Numbered from the stretch's first letter, positions 48,088 to 57,947 are shown. The stretch: DNA of 64,000 bases from Candidatus Rariloculaceae bacterium (GCA_045561055.1 JBJKYL010000010.1:198681-262680); one strand, 5' to 3'. Notes: a model not told the origin generated them from the letters alone. Numbers and translations: made by a program.

Positions 48088-50808
48088 TCAGTTATTTAGA
48101 AGATTGCCGTCTGGGTCCATGAGTTCGATGGAACCTAGATTCAGGGCGCGGATATCCGCTTCTATCAGTGCGAGATCACCAACGACTACCCAGGTCAGCT
48201 GGTTTGGGGCAATAAGGTCCCGAGCGGCGGCGTTAACCTGCCCGACATCTACTGCATCAACTAGTGCCGGATAGCGCCGCCAGTAGTCCTCCGGTAGGCC
48301 GAACCGCACGATCTCCGCAATATCGCCCATCACTGCGCGAGCGGTCTCCCAGCGACCCGGGAGCGCTAGCGTGTTGCGGCTTTTTGTTGTGTTGACCTCG
48401 CCCGCGCTGATCGGGCGGTTTGTCTGAATTTCGCGGAACTCGCGGTCAAGTTCGAGCATTGATGCCGCGGTTTTATCAGTCTGAACCGGTGCATAGGTGA
48501 TAAAGGGACGCTGTCTCATTGTATCGATGATTGAGGAGCGAACGCCGTAGGACCACGCCTTATCTTCACGAAGATTCATGTTGACCCGTGATGTGAAGCT
48601 GCCACCGAAACTAGAGTTCATTGATTGGATTGCCAGCTCGCGCTCGTCGGTTCGCGGTGTCATGACATGGCCGACGATGATGAAACTCTGTTCGGAACCA
48701 GGCCTGTCCATAAGTACGACTCGCGGTTGTTCTGGAAGAGATACTGCCGGAATAATTTTCTCTGGAATTTCTCCTGGTTCCCAGTCGGCGAACCTCGCTT
48801 CGAGGCTCGGTGTTATTTCCTCGAGGGTTGTATCGCCTACTACGATCATCGTTGCGTTGTTAGGTCGGAACCAGGTGGAATGGAAATCTACGAGGGCATC
48901 ACGTTTTAGAGCCATGACCGCGTCCTCGGTACCCGAGCCAGTCATCGGCAACGAGTAGGCGTGCCCTTCACCATAGATCAGCTGCGGAAATATTCGCAAT
49001 GCCATACTCGCCGGTGTTGTTTTTTCCCGCTGTATGTTTGCGATTGTTAGCCGCTTTAGGCGTTCCAGTCCTGATTGTGGAAATTCCGGGTTCAGGATAA
49101 CGTCGCTAAAAATGTCGAGTGAAGGTCCGAGATTGTCCGTCAATGCTGAGAGGCTGACGAAGGCATAGTCAAGGTTAGCACCGCTTCTCAGTTCAGCACC
49201 GAGCGCGGAGAGTTGCGCACTGATCTCCAATGCTTCGCGGTTCGCCGTGCCTTCTTCCAACATGCTGATTGCCAAGCTCGCGGTACCAGGCCTTGAAAAT
49301 TGATCCGCGGCATAGCCTGAGTTGAGTTGCAGACTAAAATGGATGACTGGCACCGCATCATGGGTTGCAACGATTAGCCGGATGCCGTTAGAGAGCTGGC
49401 CCATCTGTAACTCTGGAAATTCGGCTTGTGGAAAAGAATTCGGAAATGGCAGCGTTGAACGATCTGCATCCTGAGCTGAGGCCATCAGATTCGCCGAGAA
49501 TGGGTGTATTTCCAGCGCAAATGACGGTTGTGATAGCCATTTCCGGGCCACGTCACGTAGGTCGTTGGGAGTAGCGCTATTAATGATATCGAGCGAATCC
49601 TGGTAGGCGTCGGGCCGGCCGCCGAAAACCGCACCTTCGACGAGTATCCGGGCCTTGCCGCTGACACGCTCCATTGTGCGTATCAGTCCAGCTCTAGTCC
49701 CGGTCACGACCCGTGAGAGCTCGTCTCGTGTCGGGCCATCTTCAAGAAATCGCGTAATCTCCTCGTCGAGTAAGCGTTCCACCTCGCCTAGATCCTGTCC
49801 AGGCTGAGCTGTTGCCCAGACGAGGAAGCCGCCCGCGATTTCATCCGATGACGTATATACTTGTACGTCCGTTGCGATCTGCTCTTCGAATACCAAGCGC
49901 TGATAGAGACGGGAATTTCTGCCGTCGCCGAGGATCGAGCCCGCGAGGTGTAGCCATTCGGCTTCCGTTTGGCCCCACTCGGGCGAGGGCCATGTTTTGT
50001 ATACTCGCGCTTGTGGAACGCGTTCCTCGACAATCATTCGACGATTGTGAGTGAGTGTTGGCACCCAGGTCTCGAGGCGCGCCAAAGGTGGTCCGGGAGG
50101 GATGTCGCCAAAGTAGAGCTCGGTTTTCTCGCGGGCAGTAGAAACGTCAATGTCGCCGGAGAGAACTAGCGTCGCGTTATTAGGCCCGTAGTAGGTTGCG
50201 AACCAGTCGCGAACATCATCCAGGCTTGCCGCATTGAGATCCTCCATTGAGCCGATAGTGGACCACGAGTACGGATGTCCTTGGGGAAATATATTCTGGG
50301 AGATGTAGTCAAATGCTTTGCCGTATGGTCGATTCTCGCCCTGTCGCTTTTCGTTCTGCACCACACCGCGTTGTTCGTCGAGTTTTTCCTGATCTACGGC
50401 GCCCAACAGATGGCCCATGCGATCCGATTCCATCCATAGTAAGAGATCCAAGGCACTGGTCGGAACAGTTTGGTAATAATTAGTCCGGTCCGAATTAGTC
50501 GTGCCGTTCATATTGGTTGCGCCGACTTCCTGAAATGGCCCAAAAAATTCGTCGTTGTAGTTTTCTGTGCCGTTAAACATGAGGTGTTCGAATAAGTGCG
50601 CGAAACCCGTCTTGCCTGGATTTTCGTTCTTTGAGCCAACGTGGTACCAGAGGTTGCTAGCGATGATAGGTGCTTTATGATCCTCGTGGACAATAACGCG
50701 TAGCCCGTTATCCAATGTAAATTCTTCAAATTGAATAATGAGATCATCGGCTGCGAGACAGGTGCCGGAGATCGTTAGTGCGTATAGAGCTAGGGTCGGT
50801 TTCTTCAT
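48088..50808 (-). CDS. secreted M16 (pitrilysin/insulinase) family zinc peptidase, double-unit
   Basis: The ORF is 906 aa with a signal peptide, the inverted zinc motif HLFEHLMFNGT in the first unit and a second M16 repeat without HxxEH. Confidence 0.9.
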   Translation of the reverse strand: MKKPTLALYALTISGTCLAADDLIIQFEEFTLDNGLRVIVHEDHKAPIIASNLWYHVGSKNENPGKTGFAHLFEHLMFNGTENYNDEFFGPFQEVGATNMNGTTNSDRTNYYQTVPTSALDLLLWMESDRMGHLLGAVDQEKLDEQRGVVQNEKRQGENRPYGKAFDYISQNIFPQGHPYSWSTIGSMEDLNAASLDDVRDWFATYYGPNNATLVLSGDIDVSTAREKTELYFGDIPPGPPLARLETWVPTLTHNRRMIVEERVPQARVYKTWPSPEWGQTEAEWLHLAGSILGDGRNSRLYQRLVFEEQIATDVQVYTSSDEIAGGFLVWATAQPGQDLGEVERLLDEEITRFLEDGPTRDELSRVVTGTRAGLIRTMERVSGKARILVEGAVFGGRPDAYQDSLDIINSATPNDLRDVARKWLSQPSFALEIHPFSANLMASAQDADRSTLPFPNSFPQAEFPELQMGQLSNGIRLIVATHDAVPVIHFSLQLNSGYAADQFSRPGTASLAISMLEEGTANREALEISAQLSALGAELRSGANLDYAFVSLSALTDNLGPSLDIFSDVILNPEFPQSGLERLKRLTIANIQREKTTPASMALRIFPQLIYGEGHAYSLPMTGSGTEDAVMALKRDALVDFHSTWFRPNNATMIVVGDTTLEEITPSLEARFADWEPGEIPEKIIPAVSLPEQPRVVLMDRPGSEQSFIIVGHVMTPRTDERELAIQSMNSSFGGSFTSRVNMNLREDKAWSYGVRSSIIDTMRQRPFITYAPVQTDKTAASMLELDREFREIQTNRPISAGEVNTTKSRNTLALPGRWETARAVMGDIAEIVRFGLPEDYWRRYPALVDAVDVGQVNAAARDLIAPNQLTWVVVGDLALIEADIRALNLGSIELMDPDGNLLNN

Positions 50809-51195
50809 AATGTTCTCTTTACTATTTACTCTTTCTCGTTCGAGTTCAGTAGTTGATAAAGCCGTCTTCGTGAGAGTTGGTTTTGCCTCTATACGAAGTT
50901 GTCAATCGCGGACGGCCCATGATATTCGGCTGATAACCTTTTACATAGGAGTTTGCCAGATATTTCCCCAACGTATCTAGGCAGCCACATTTCGCTATTA
51001 TTACGGATAGGTGCATTACTACTAGTGTCGTTGATGACGATAGTGGCATCCTGTTATAGCAAAGTTGCAACACAGCCACTACTGACTAAGGTGAAATATA
51101 TTGCATAGAGAAGTTATGGGGGGCTTGCGATCATCCCTATCGTCTGGTGTTGAGTGACTAGATCTGCCCCTTTCGTGAAAACTAGTAAATAGCTA

Positions 51196-52146
51196 ATGAT
51201 GTTACGTAATCTGTATCCACCGTTGGAACCATACGACCAAGGGTTTTTGCCACTGGATGGCGAGCACGCTGTTTATTATGAACAGTGTGGAAATCCTGAC
51301 GGTAAACCCGCTCTATTCGTTCACGGTGGTCCAGGCGGTGGCGGTGATGTAAGTGCTCGTCGATTTTTCGATCCTAAGCGTTATCGAATTATCGTCTTTG
51401 ACCAGCGAGGCGCTGGTCGTAGCAAGCCAGAGGCGTCACTTACAGACAATACGACTGCGCATTTGATTTCTGATATGGAACGATTACGGGAATTGTTAGC
51501 CGTAAATCGATGGCTCGTCTTCGGTGGTTCCTGGGGCAGCACGCTAGCTTTGGCATACGCGGAGACTCATCCCGATGCAGTCAGCGAGCTCGTGCTCCGC
51601 GGGATTTTCTTGCTACGCCGTAAGGAGTTGGCGTGGTTCTATCAATATGGCGCGGGCGTCTTGTTTCCAGACCAATGGGAACGGTTTCTTGCGCCGATCC
51701 CGGTTGCTGAGCGTCACAATCTTCTCGCCGCATATCATCGGCGCCTGACCGGGGATGATGAAGAAGCTATGCTCGAGGCCGCTCGTGCTTGGTCCTACTG
51801 GGAAGGTGCAACCTGTCACCTACTCCCCGACCCTGCTCACACGCTACCTTTCGAACAAACGAAGTTCGCAATCGCTTTAGCACGTATTGAGGCTCATTAT
51901 TTTGTTAATACGGGATTTTTCGAAACTGAAAATCAAATTCTGGACAGCGTGGATAGAATTCGCCATATTCCGGCTGTTATCGTTCAAGGCCGTTATGACG
52001 TAGTTTGTCCCATGGAGACCGCTTGGGAATTGGCTAGTCGATGGCCGGAAGCTAAATTCCAGCTCGTTGACAATGCCGGGCATTCAGCATACGAGCCGGG
52101 GATATCGCACGAGTTGATTTCTGCAACTGATGGATTTCTAGTATGA
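51196..52146 (+). CDS. pip: prolyl aminopeptidase (proline iminopeptidase)
   Basis: The 316-aa S33 alpha/beta hydrolase has FVHGGPGGG, the nucleophile GGSWGSTLA and the C-terminal NAGHSA. Confidence 0.9.
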   Translation: MMLRNLYPPLEPYDQGFLPLDGEHAVYYEQCGNPDGKPALFVHGGPGGGGDVSARRFFDPKRYRIIVFDQRGAGRSKPEASLTDNTTAHLISDMERLRELLAVNRWLVFGGSWGSTLALAYAETHPDAVSELVLRGIFLLRRKELAWFYQYGAGVLFPDQWERFLAPIPVAERHNLLAAYHRRLTGDDEEAMLEAARAWSYWEGATCHLLPDPAHTLPFEQTKFAIALARIEAHYFVNTGFFETENQILDSVDRIRHIPAVIVQGRYDVVCPMETAWELASRWPEAKFQLVDNAGHSAYEPGISHELISATDGFLV

Positions 52147-53480
52147 GCCGATTGCTACTGGTTAATGGAACGCTTGTAAATGAGGGGCGCGAGTTCGAGT
52201 CGGACATATTGATCGACGGTGATCGCATAGAGCGCATCGATTCAAATCTATCGGCTACCGCTGTGGATGAGGTTATCGATGTTCGAGGTTGCCATGTATT
52301 ACCCGGGCTAATCGATGATCAGGTGCATCTGCGCGAGCCGGGGCTTACTCACAAGGCGACGATCCCTAGTGAATCTCGCGCGGCAATATGCGGTGGCGTC
52401 ACGAGTTTCATGGAAATGCCTAATACGAGTCCACCAACGACGGACAGTGCTGCGCTTGCAGAGAAATACATCCGTGCGAAGGGCCGTAGCTATGCGAATT
52501 ACGCATTCTATCTCGGTGCAACCAACAATAATCTCGAAGAAATTCGCCGGGTTACTTCCGCAAACGCTTGTGGCATTAAGGTCTTTATGGGCGCATCGAC
52601 CGGCAACATGCTTGTCGATGATCATGAGGTGCTTGAGAAAATATTCTCGGACGCGCAGCTGCTCATTGCGACTCACTGTGAAGACACACCGCTGATTCGG
52701 GCCAACGAAGAAATCTTTCGGGAACGCTATGGTGAAGATGTGCCGATAAGCGCTCATCCCGAGATTCGCTCTACCGAGGCCTGCTATCTTTCGTCGTCCC
52801 TCGCCGTGGAAATCGCTCGACGTTATGGTACGCGTCTGCATGTATTACACCTGACAACGGCTCGTGAGCTAGAACTTTTCGAAAGCGGTCCGATCGATTC
52901 CAAGCACATAACGGCCGAAGCCTGTGTTCATCATCTCTGGTTCGATGAGTCAGACTACGCTGCGCTCGGAACCCGGATTAAATGTAATCCTGCTATCAAG
53001 ACTGCTAGTGATCGCAAGAGTTTAATCCATGCCGTCCAGGAGGATCGCATAGACGTAATTGCTACTGATCATGCGCCACATACCTTAGATGAGAAGAATC
53101 AGCCCTATTTTAAGGCGCCGGCAGGGTTGCCGCTTGTTCAGCATTCGTTGCAAATGCTCCTGCAACAACATTGTGATGGCCTGTTTTCGCTTGATCAGAT
53201 CGTTACCAAAACAGCGCACAATCCAGCACGGTTATTTGGTGTAGTAGAACGCGGCTTCCTGCGGGAGGGCTATTATGCCGATCTCGTGGTTGTAGATCTC
53301 AAGCAAGTTTCAGAAGTGACGCCGGAAAGTTTGAAGTACCTTTGTGGATGGTCGCCTCTCGAAGGACAAAAGCTGAATTCGCGGGTCATTGCGACGGTTG
53401 TCAACGGGGTAGTTGTTTTTCGGAATGGTGAAGTAATGGAGAAGCCGCAGGGACGCCCATTAGAATTCAAGCAGAAATAA
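52143..53480 (+). CDS. pyrC: long (445 aa) dihydroorotase-type amidohydrolase
   Basis: It has LPGLIDDQVHLREPGLTHKATIPSESRAAICGGVTSFMEMPNT and ATDHAPH blocks, colinear with multifunctional-complex-type DHOases. It shares an ATGA overlap with pip. The first His of the HxH motif is Gln. Confidence 0.78.
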   Translation: MSRLLLVNGTLVNEGREFESDILIDGDRIERIDSNLSATAVDEVIDVRGCHVLPGLIDDQVHLREPGLTHKATIPSESRAAICGGVTSFMEMPNTSPPTTDSAALAEKYIRAKGRSYANYAFYLGATNNNLEEIRRVTSANACGIKVFMGASTGNMLVDDHEVLEKIFSDAQLLIATHCEDTPLIRANEEIFRERYGEDVPISAHPEIRSTEACYLSSSLAVEIARRYGTRLHVLHLTTARELELFESGPIDSKHITAEACVHHLWFDESDYAALGTRIKCNPAIKTASDRKSLIHAVQEDRIDVIATDHAPHTLDEKNQPYFKAPAGLPLVQHSLQMLLQQHCDGLFSLDQIVTKTAHNPARLFGVVERGFLREGYYADLVVVDLKQVSEVTPESLKYLCGWSPLEGQKLNSRVIATVVNGVVVFRNGEVMEKPQGRPLEFKQK

Positions 53481-53503
53481 CGACAAAGTTGAGCGGTAAA
53501 AGT

Positions 53504-53576
53504 GGGGGCCAGGGTCGGAAATCTATTATCCGATATTACCCAAAATTTCTATTGTGCCGGGTGGTACCCGGCCCCC
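53504..53576. other. GC-clamped long hairpin / possible bidirectional terminator between convergent genes
   Basis: GGGGGCC-A-GGGT at 53504-53515 can pair with ACCC-GGCCCCC at 53566-53576. An inner perfect hairpin GCCGGGT-GGT-ACCCGGC lies at 53557-53573. There is a short T-run only on the minus strand (ACTTTTAC). Confidence 0.25.
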
Positions 53577-53653
53577 AAAAATGCCTCCCGGCGAGGCGGC
53601 GGTCACAACAAGGCGGGGGGAAGATCGCCTGGTGACAGCCTAACAACGGGCCG

Positions 53654-53944
53654 CTAACCGCGATTGTTTGTAAGCGCGCTCGCCAGCCTTAACGGCGGCG
53701 TTACCGACTGTTTCAAATCGAATTCCAGGTCCGCTTTGAAGCGAAGCTCGACAGTTTTCGTAAACAGGTCCATGTTGTTACGAAAGCGCGCATTTTCTGC
53801 GTGTGCTTCTGCTGTAGTCTGAGCACCGGTCACGATGACTTCTTCAGTAGCTGCCATTGGAGCGTTAATCACGCACAGGGTGACTATCGCAAGCGATATC
53901 CTGAGACCGGTTGAAGTATTTTTTCTAGATGCCTGGTTAATCAT
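53654..53944 (-). CDS. small secreted hypothetical protein, sigma-54-dependent target
   Basis: The ORF is 96 aa from ATG 53944, with AAGGA 8 nt upstream. The tracked ORF begins at TTG 53986. The signal peptide is LRISLAIVTLCVINAPMAA|TEE, and the rest is amphipathic helical. I recognised no family. Confidence 0.5.
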   Translation of the reverse strand: MINQASRKNTSTGLRISLAIVTLCVINAPMAATEEVIVTGAQTTAEAHAENARFRNNMDLFTKTVELRFKADLEFDLKQSVTPPLRLASALTNNRG

Positions 53945-54016
53945 GGCCTTAGTCCTTGATGTCCAATATTTCGGAAAAACAGTCAATTTTAAAATTACGT
54001 CTTTTGCTTTTATTAA

Positions 54017-54033
54017 TGCAGGAGTCGTGCCAA
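54017..54033 (-). promoter_or_regulatory. sigma-54 (-24/-12) promoter
   Basis: The minus strand reads TTGGCACGACTCCTGCAT. Against the consensus YTGGCACGrNNNTTGCW, the GG and GC elements are at exact spacing and there is a single T-to-C mismatch. It lies about 70 nt upstream of ATG 53944 and is divergent from a sigma-54 activator gene. Confidence 0.72.
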
Positions 54034-54076
54034 CTTATTAAATCAATAAAAACAGTATGTTATAGTTTATTAATGT

Positions 54077-54130
54077 AACGGAATTCCGTTAAAACACGGA
54101 ATATCGTTGATATAAATAGCGGATATCCGT
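54077..54130. promoter_or_regulatory. three related inverted repeats (CGGA-N2-4-TCCG), candidate enhancer (UAS) sites
   Basis: The repeats are AACGGAATTCCGTT (54077-54090, a perfect 14-bp palindrome), ACGGAATATCGT (54096-54107, imperfect) and GCGGATATCCGT (54119-54130, with a 10-bp perfect core). They lie 45-110 bp upstream of the -24 element and just upstream of the activator ATG. Confidence 0.5.
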
Positions 54131-54141
54131 AAACTTATGTC

Positions 54142-55944
54142 ATGTCTAGTAATGATCGCTATCAGTGGCTGTTTCGTAAGGGTCCGGCGTTATCGCTGTC
54201 GCTTAATGAGGAGGGTCACATTCTCGATGCCAGCGATGCTTGGTTAACGCGTTTCGGTTATGGCCGTCCCGAACTCAGTCAGCTCCGGTCTCGGGATATC
54301 ATTAATCAAGAATCGGCACGACGAATCATTGAGGACTACATGCCGTTATTGCGCCGCGCGGGTCGACTGACGGACGTCCCGGTAGATCTCGTAACGAAGG
54401 CGGGTAAAACTGTTGCTTGTCTCGCCAATGCGGTCGCTGAATCCGAGCCGGAAGGTGGTGACGGCATGCGCACGGTTGCAATTTACACGGAGTTGGAGGA
54501 TGAGCGGAGCGTTGGGCAGCACTATCAGGATCTCTACAAGGATACGCCGGCGATGCTTCATGCTGTGGATAGTGGGGGACGCATTGTGTACGTCAGTGAT
54601 CACTGGCTCAAAAAGCTCGGTTACCGTCGTGAGGAAGTAATTGGGCGCAGTATTATCGACTTTATGGCTGGAGAGTCGCGGGATGACATGGATGAAGGGT
54701 CGCTAGTCAACATAATTGCACAGGGAGAGCTTGATAACGCACCGCGGAATTATCTGACACGAGAGGGCGAGGTCATCGAGGCGCTAGTGTCAGCTCGAGC
54801 GGATCGCGACGAAAACGGCGAGGTTACTGGTCTTTATGTGGCCTTGAAAGACGTTACGGAGCGTAATCGTGCTGAACGGCAACTGCGTGCCGCGTTTGAG
54901 GAAAACGCGCGTCTGAGGCAGGAACTGGAGCAGGAGCGCGATTACCTTCGCGAGGAGGTCGAGGTATCAATGAATTTCGGCCGCATTATCGGCGAGAGTC
55001 CAGCGCTGAAGAAAATGTTGGCCCGCCTCGAAGCTGTTGCGCAGACAGCGGCCAACGTATTGATACAAGGGGAATCCGGCACCGGTAAAGAACTTGTTGC
55101 TCACGTGGTCCATTCACGAAGCGCCCGGGCCGACGGCCCGCTAGTAAAGGTTAACTGTGCCTCGATCCCCCATGAATTGTTCGAAAGTGAGTTCTTCGGT
55201 CATGTAAAAGGCGCATTCACAAGTGCTCACAGGGATCGGATCGGGCGTTTCCAACTGGCTGACGGTGGAACGATATTTCTGGATGAAATCGGCGAAATCC
55301 CGCTCGATCTTCAGGGAAAACTTCTACGCGTCCTGCAGGAGAGCGAATATGAACGTGTCGGGGATGACGCGACGCTATCCGTCGATGTAAGGGTGATAGC
55401 AGCAACGAACCGTAATCTTGAAAAAGCCGTTGATCAGGGCGGCTTTCGCGAGGATCTATACTATCGCCTCAGCGTGTTCCCTATCGACGTCCCGCCGCTG
55501 CGGGAGCGTGGCGACGATATTATTCAGCTCGCCAGTCACTTTCTTGAGAAGGCCTATCTGGATTTTGGTCACCGGCCCCTGGCCCTTTCCCGTCAGCAGG
55601 CAGGACTGCTCAATAAATACGACTGGCCCGGTAATGTTCGTGAACTCAAGAACGTCGTAGAGCGGGCTGTAATACTTTCCCAGGGGAAGGTGCTTAGGCT
55701 CGATCTCGCAATGGCGGATATATTGCGGTCGTCGCCGTCGCTTAACAGTAAGTCGGAGGGGTCGCTGAGCCACGTAATGACGGAACGGGAGTTTGTCGCA
55801 TTGCAGAAAGAAAATATGCAGGTCGCTTTAGGTTTGAGTAATGGAAGGGTCTCTGGTTCTCGAGGTGCGGCGAAGCTTCTCGGGCTGAAACCCTCGACCT
55901 TTACAGACCGGATGCGAAAACTCGGCGTGAGCAAGCCACGCTAG
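54142..55944 (+). CDS. sigma-54-dependent transcriptional activator (PAS-PAS-AAA+-HTH, no receiver domain)
   Basis: The ORF is 600 aa with two PAS-like modules and a coiled linker. The AAA+ core has Walker A GESGTGKE, the GAFTGA-loop variant GAFTSA, Walker B FLDEIGE and the ESEYERVGD block. The C-terminus is a Fis-type HTH ([21 protein letters not shown]). Confidence 0.9.
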   Translation: MSSNDRYQWLFRKGPALSLSLNEEGHILDASDAWLTRFGYGRPELSQLRSRDIINQESARRIIEDYMPLLRRAGRLTDVPVDLVTKAGKTVACLANAVAESEPEGGDGMRTVAIYTELEDERSVGQHYQDLYKDTPAMLHAVDSGGRIVYVSDHWLKKLGYRREEVIGRSIIDFMAGESRDDMDEGSLVNIIAQGELDNAPRNYLTREGEVIEALVSARADRDENGEVTGLYVALKDVTERNRAERQLRAAFEENARLRQELEQERDYLREEVEVSMNFGRIIGESPALKKMLARLEAVAQTAANVLIQGESGTGKELVAHVVHSRSARADGPLVKVNCASIPHELFESEFFGHVKGAFTSAHRDRIGRFQLADGGTIFLDEIGEIPLDLQGKLLRVLQESEYERVGDDATLSVDVRVIAATNRNLEKAVDQGGFREDLYYRLSVFPIDVPPLRERGDDIIQLASHFLEKAYLDFGHRPLALSRQQAGLLNKYDWPGNVRELKNVVERAVILSQGKVLRLDLAMADILRSSPSLNSKSEGSLSHVMTEREFVALQKENMQVALGLSNGRVSGSRGAAKLLGLKPSTFTDRMRKLGVSKPR

Positions 55945-56116
55945 TGCTGTTCGAAGACAGCGGAATTGTCCCGAGACTAAACTCTGCTTTGTGTAAACCA
56001 TAACTCTATATCTTCGGAGGGGTTGTGGTTAGTCCCTATAATCTGATATATGTTTGCCCACTACAGTATTAATTTCTTAGCCATCTACTAGCAAAAATAA
56101 TTAAAAAGACGACTGT

Positions 56117-56476
56117 ATGACCTATCTTGTTGATCGTTTTCAGGCTGCGGTGTCTGTACTCGTGGCCGAAGGATCTGTTAAGGATCGCCTAGCCACCGCT
56201 TACTCGGAACATCTAGGTGATTTGGAAATCAGCGAATTGCCTCAGAACTTGCAGGAGAAGTTTAAAACTCTTGATTCTGCGCTTCATTCTGTGAAGCCGA
56301 TTGGAAAAGAACTTTGTGTTAGGGCTTCGGTCCGAAAGATGTCTAGGCTGCAAGCGGGTGACCATGCCAGGACCATTTTTACGCTTTACGTATCCCTTAT
56401 CAGTCGGAGTAATCGTGCCGCGCCACTCAAGGCAGTTGACGGTAAGTACAAGAAATCGACGCGACTCGCCTCTTAG
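56117..56476 (+). CDS. hypothetical cytoplasmic protein
   Basis: The 119-aa ORF is predicted helical with no signal peptide and no recognised motif. Coding status rests only on ORF length and position. Confidence 0.4.
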   Translation: MTYLVDRFQAAVSVLVAEGSVKDRLATAYSEHLGDLEISELPQNLQEKFKTLDSALHSVKPIGKELCVRASVRKMSRLQAGDHARTIFTLYVSLISRSNRAAPLKAVDGKYKKSTRLAS

Positions 56477-56522
56477 AACCCATAGCGCTTCTGTTCCCTA
56501 TACTCTGATTTGGGCACAATAG

Positions 56523-57947
56523 ATGCCTATGCGAGTTTTACTTGTCCTGGTCGGTTGTTTTCTTGTAGCCGCTATGGTTACCGCACAGGAAGTTCCGGAG
56601 CCCCTGCAGAGAATTCTAGATGGGCACGAAATCCCAGCCGAAGATCTTAGTCTCTTCGTGCAGGCGGTAGACGCTGACTCACCGCTAGTGAGCCATCTCG
56701 CGCAGACGCCGAGAAACCCGGCTTCTACCGTCAAGTTGCTTACCACTTGGGTCGCCCTCGATAAACTTGGGCCGACGTATAGCTGGCCGACCGAGGTCTA
56801 CTTTCTGGGTGACTGGGATGGTCGGAAGCTCGTCGGTGACCTTGCTATAAAGGGTTACGGTGATCCATCTCTTGTTACCGAAGAATTCTGGAAAATGCTA
56901 CGTGCACTCCGCCAAACTGGTCTTGAAGAAATAGATGGTGACCTCGTTATCGACGCGAGTTTTTTCGATGGTAACGATGGTGACCCTGGGGCATTCGACG
57001 GCCAGCCCTACCGCTCATACAATGTTCTGCCGGACGCGTTGCTCATTAATTATAAAGCTATCCGCTTTCAGTTTTTCCAAGATATACAGAGTCGCGGCGT
57101 GCGGATAAGTGCGGATCCGATGCCGAGCAATCTCAGAATTCGTAACGATATCGATCTCGTTGATGGGCCCTGTAGGGGGTATCAGGCAGGAATTAGTTTC
57201 GACCTGCGTGATGCTGAGGCTGGCAATATGGTTGTATTTTCAGGGCGATTTCCTGCCGCATGCAGTCCCTACGGAATGACGCGTAGCGTGCTGCAGCACA
57301 ATACCTATGTCTATGGCGTGTTCGATACATTATGGAAACAGTTGGGTGGCAGCATCCAAGGCGGACTGGGTTATGGAGTTATTGCTGAGGATGCTAAGCC
57401 AGTCTTGACGTGGCGTTCGCCGCCTTTAGGGGAGATCATCCGCAGCATCAATAAGTTCAGCAATAATGTAATGAGTCGGCAGCTGCTGTATACGCTGGCG
57501 GCGGAGATTCATGGGCCGCCCGGTACCAAAGCAGCCGGAATCGAGGTTATTTCGGCGTATCTGGAGGAACAGGGTCTGGATCATACGATGCTCGTACTCG
57601 ATAATGGCTCCGGTTTGTCGCGTCGAACACGTATATCCGCTGAACTGCTCGCCGACATTTTGCTTGTGGCAGCGCGAAGCCGTTACAGCCCAGAGTATCT
57701 GTCATCGCTGTCTCTGGGCGGCCTTGACGGAACAACCCGCGGACGGTTCCAGCGTAGTGCCGTTGCTGGCAGTATGCACGTCAAAACAGGTAGGCTTGAC
57801 CACGTTTCAGCTCTCGCAGGTTTTGTGCACACAGCGAGTGCCCAGACCTACGTTGTTGTCGCGATACTGAATTCAATTGATGTCCACCGCGGCCCGGGGG
57901 AGGAGTTGCAGGAGTCGCTGGTTCGTTGGGTTCACTCTTTGCCATGA
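56523..57947 (+). CDS. dacB: D-alanyl-D-alanine carboxypeptidase/endopeptidase (PBP4, S13 family)
   Basis: The ORF is 474 aa with a signal peptide and the motifs SxxK (ASTVKLLT), SxN (FSNNVMS) and KTG (HVKTGRL). Confidence 0.9.
   Translation: MPMRVLLVLVGCFLVAAMVTAQEVPEPLQRILDGHEIPAEDLSLFVQAVDADSPLVSHLAQTPRNPASTVKLLTTWVALDKLGPTYSWPTEVYFLGDWDGRKLVGDLAIKGYGDPSLVTEEFWKMLRALRQTGLEEIDGDLVIDASFFDGNDGDPGAFDGQPYRSYNVLPDALLINYKAIRFQFFQDIQSRGVRISADPMPSNLRIRNDIDLVDGPCRGYQAGISFDLRDAEAGNMVVFSGRFPAACSPYGMTRSVLQHNTYVYGVFDTLWKQLGGSIQGGLGYGVIAEDAKPVLTWRSPPLGEIIRSINKFSNNVMSRQLLYTLAAEIHGPPGTKAAGIEVISAYLEEQGLDHTMLVLDNGSGLSRRTRISAELLADILLVAARSRYSPEYLSSLSLGGLDGTTRGRFQRSAVAGSMHVKTGRLDHVSALAGFVHTASAQTYVVVAILNSIDVHRGPGEELQESLVRWVHSLP

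Noticed and set aside
50809-51195. 387-bp gap between the M16 peptidase and pip (includes the tracked 77-aa ORF 50846..51079), examined for tRNA, sRNA or a riboswitch. The gaps 4585-4857, 5443-5679, 35660-35977 and 43108-43340 were examined likewise.
   Set aside because: There is no cloverleaf-compatible sequence, no recognisable riboswitch core and no strong terminator. The small ORFs have no motifs or start context. These are most likely ordinary promoter or spacer DNA.
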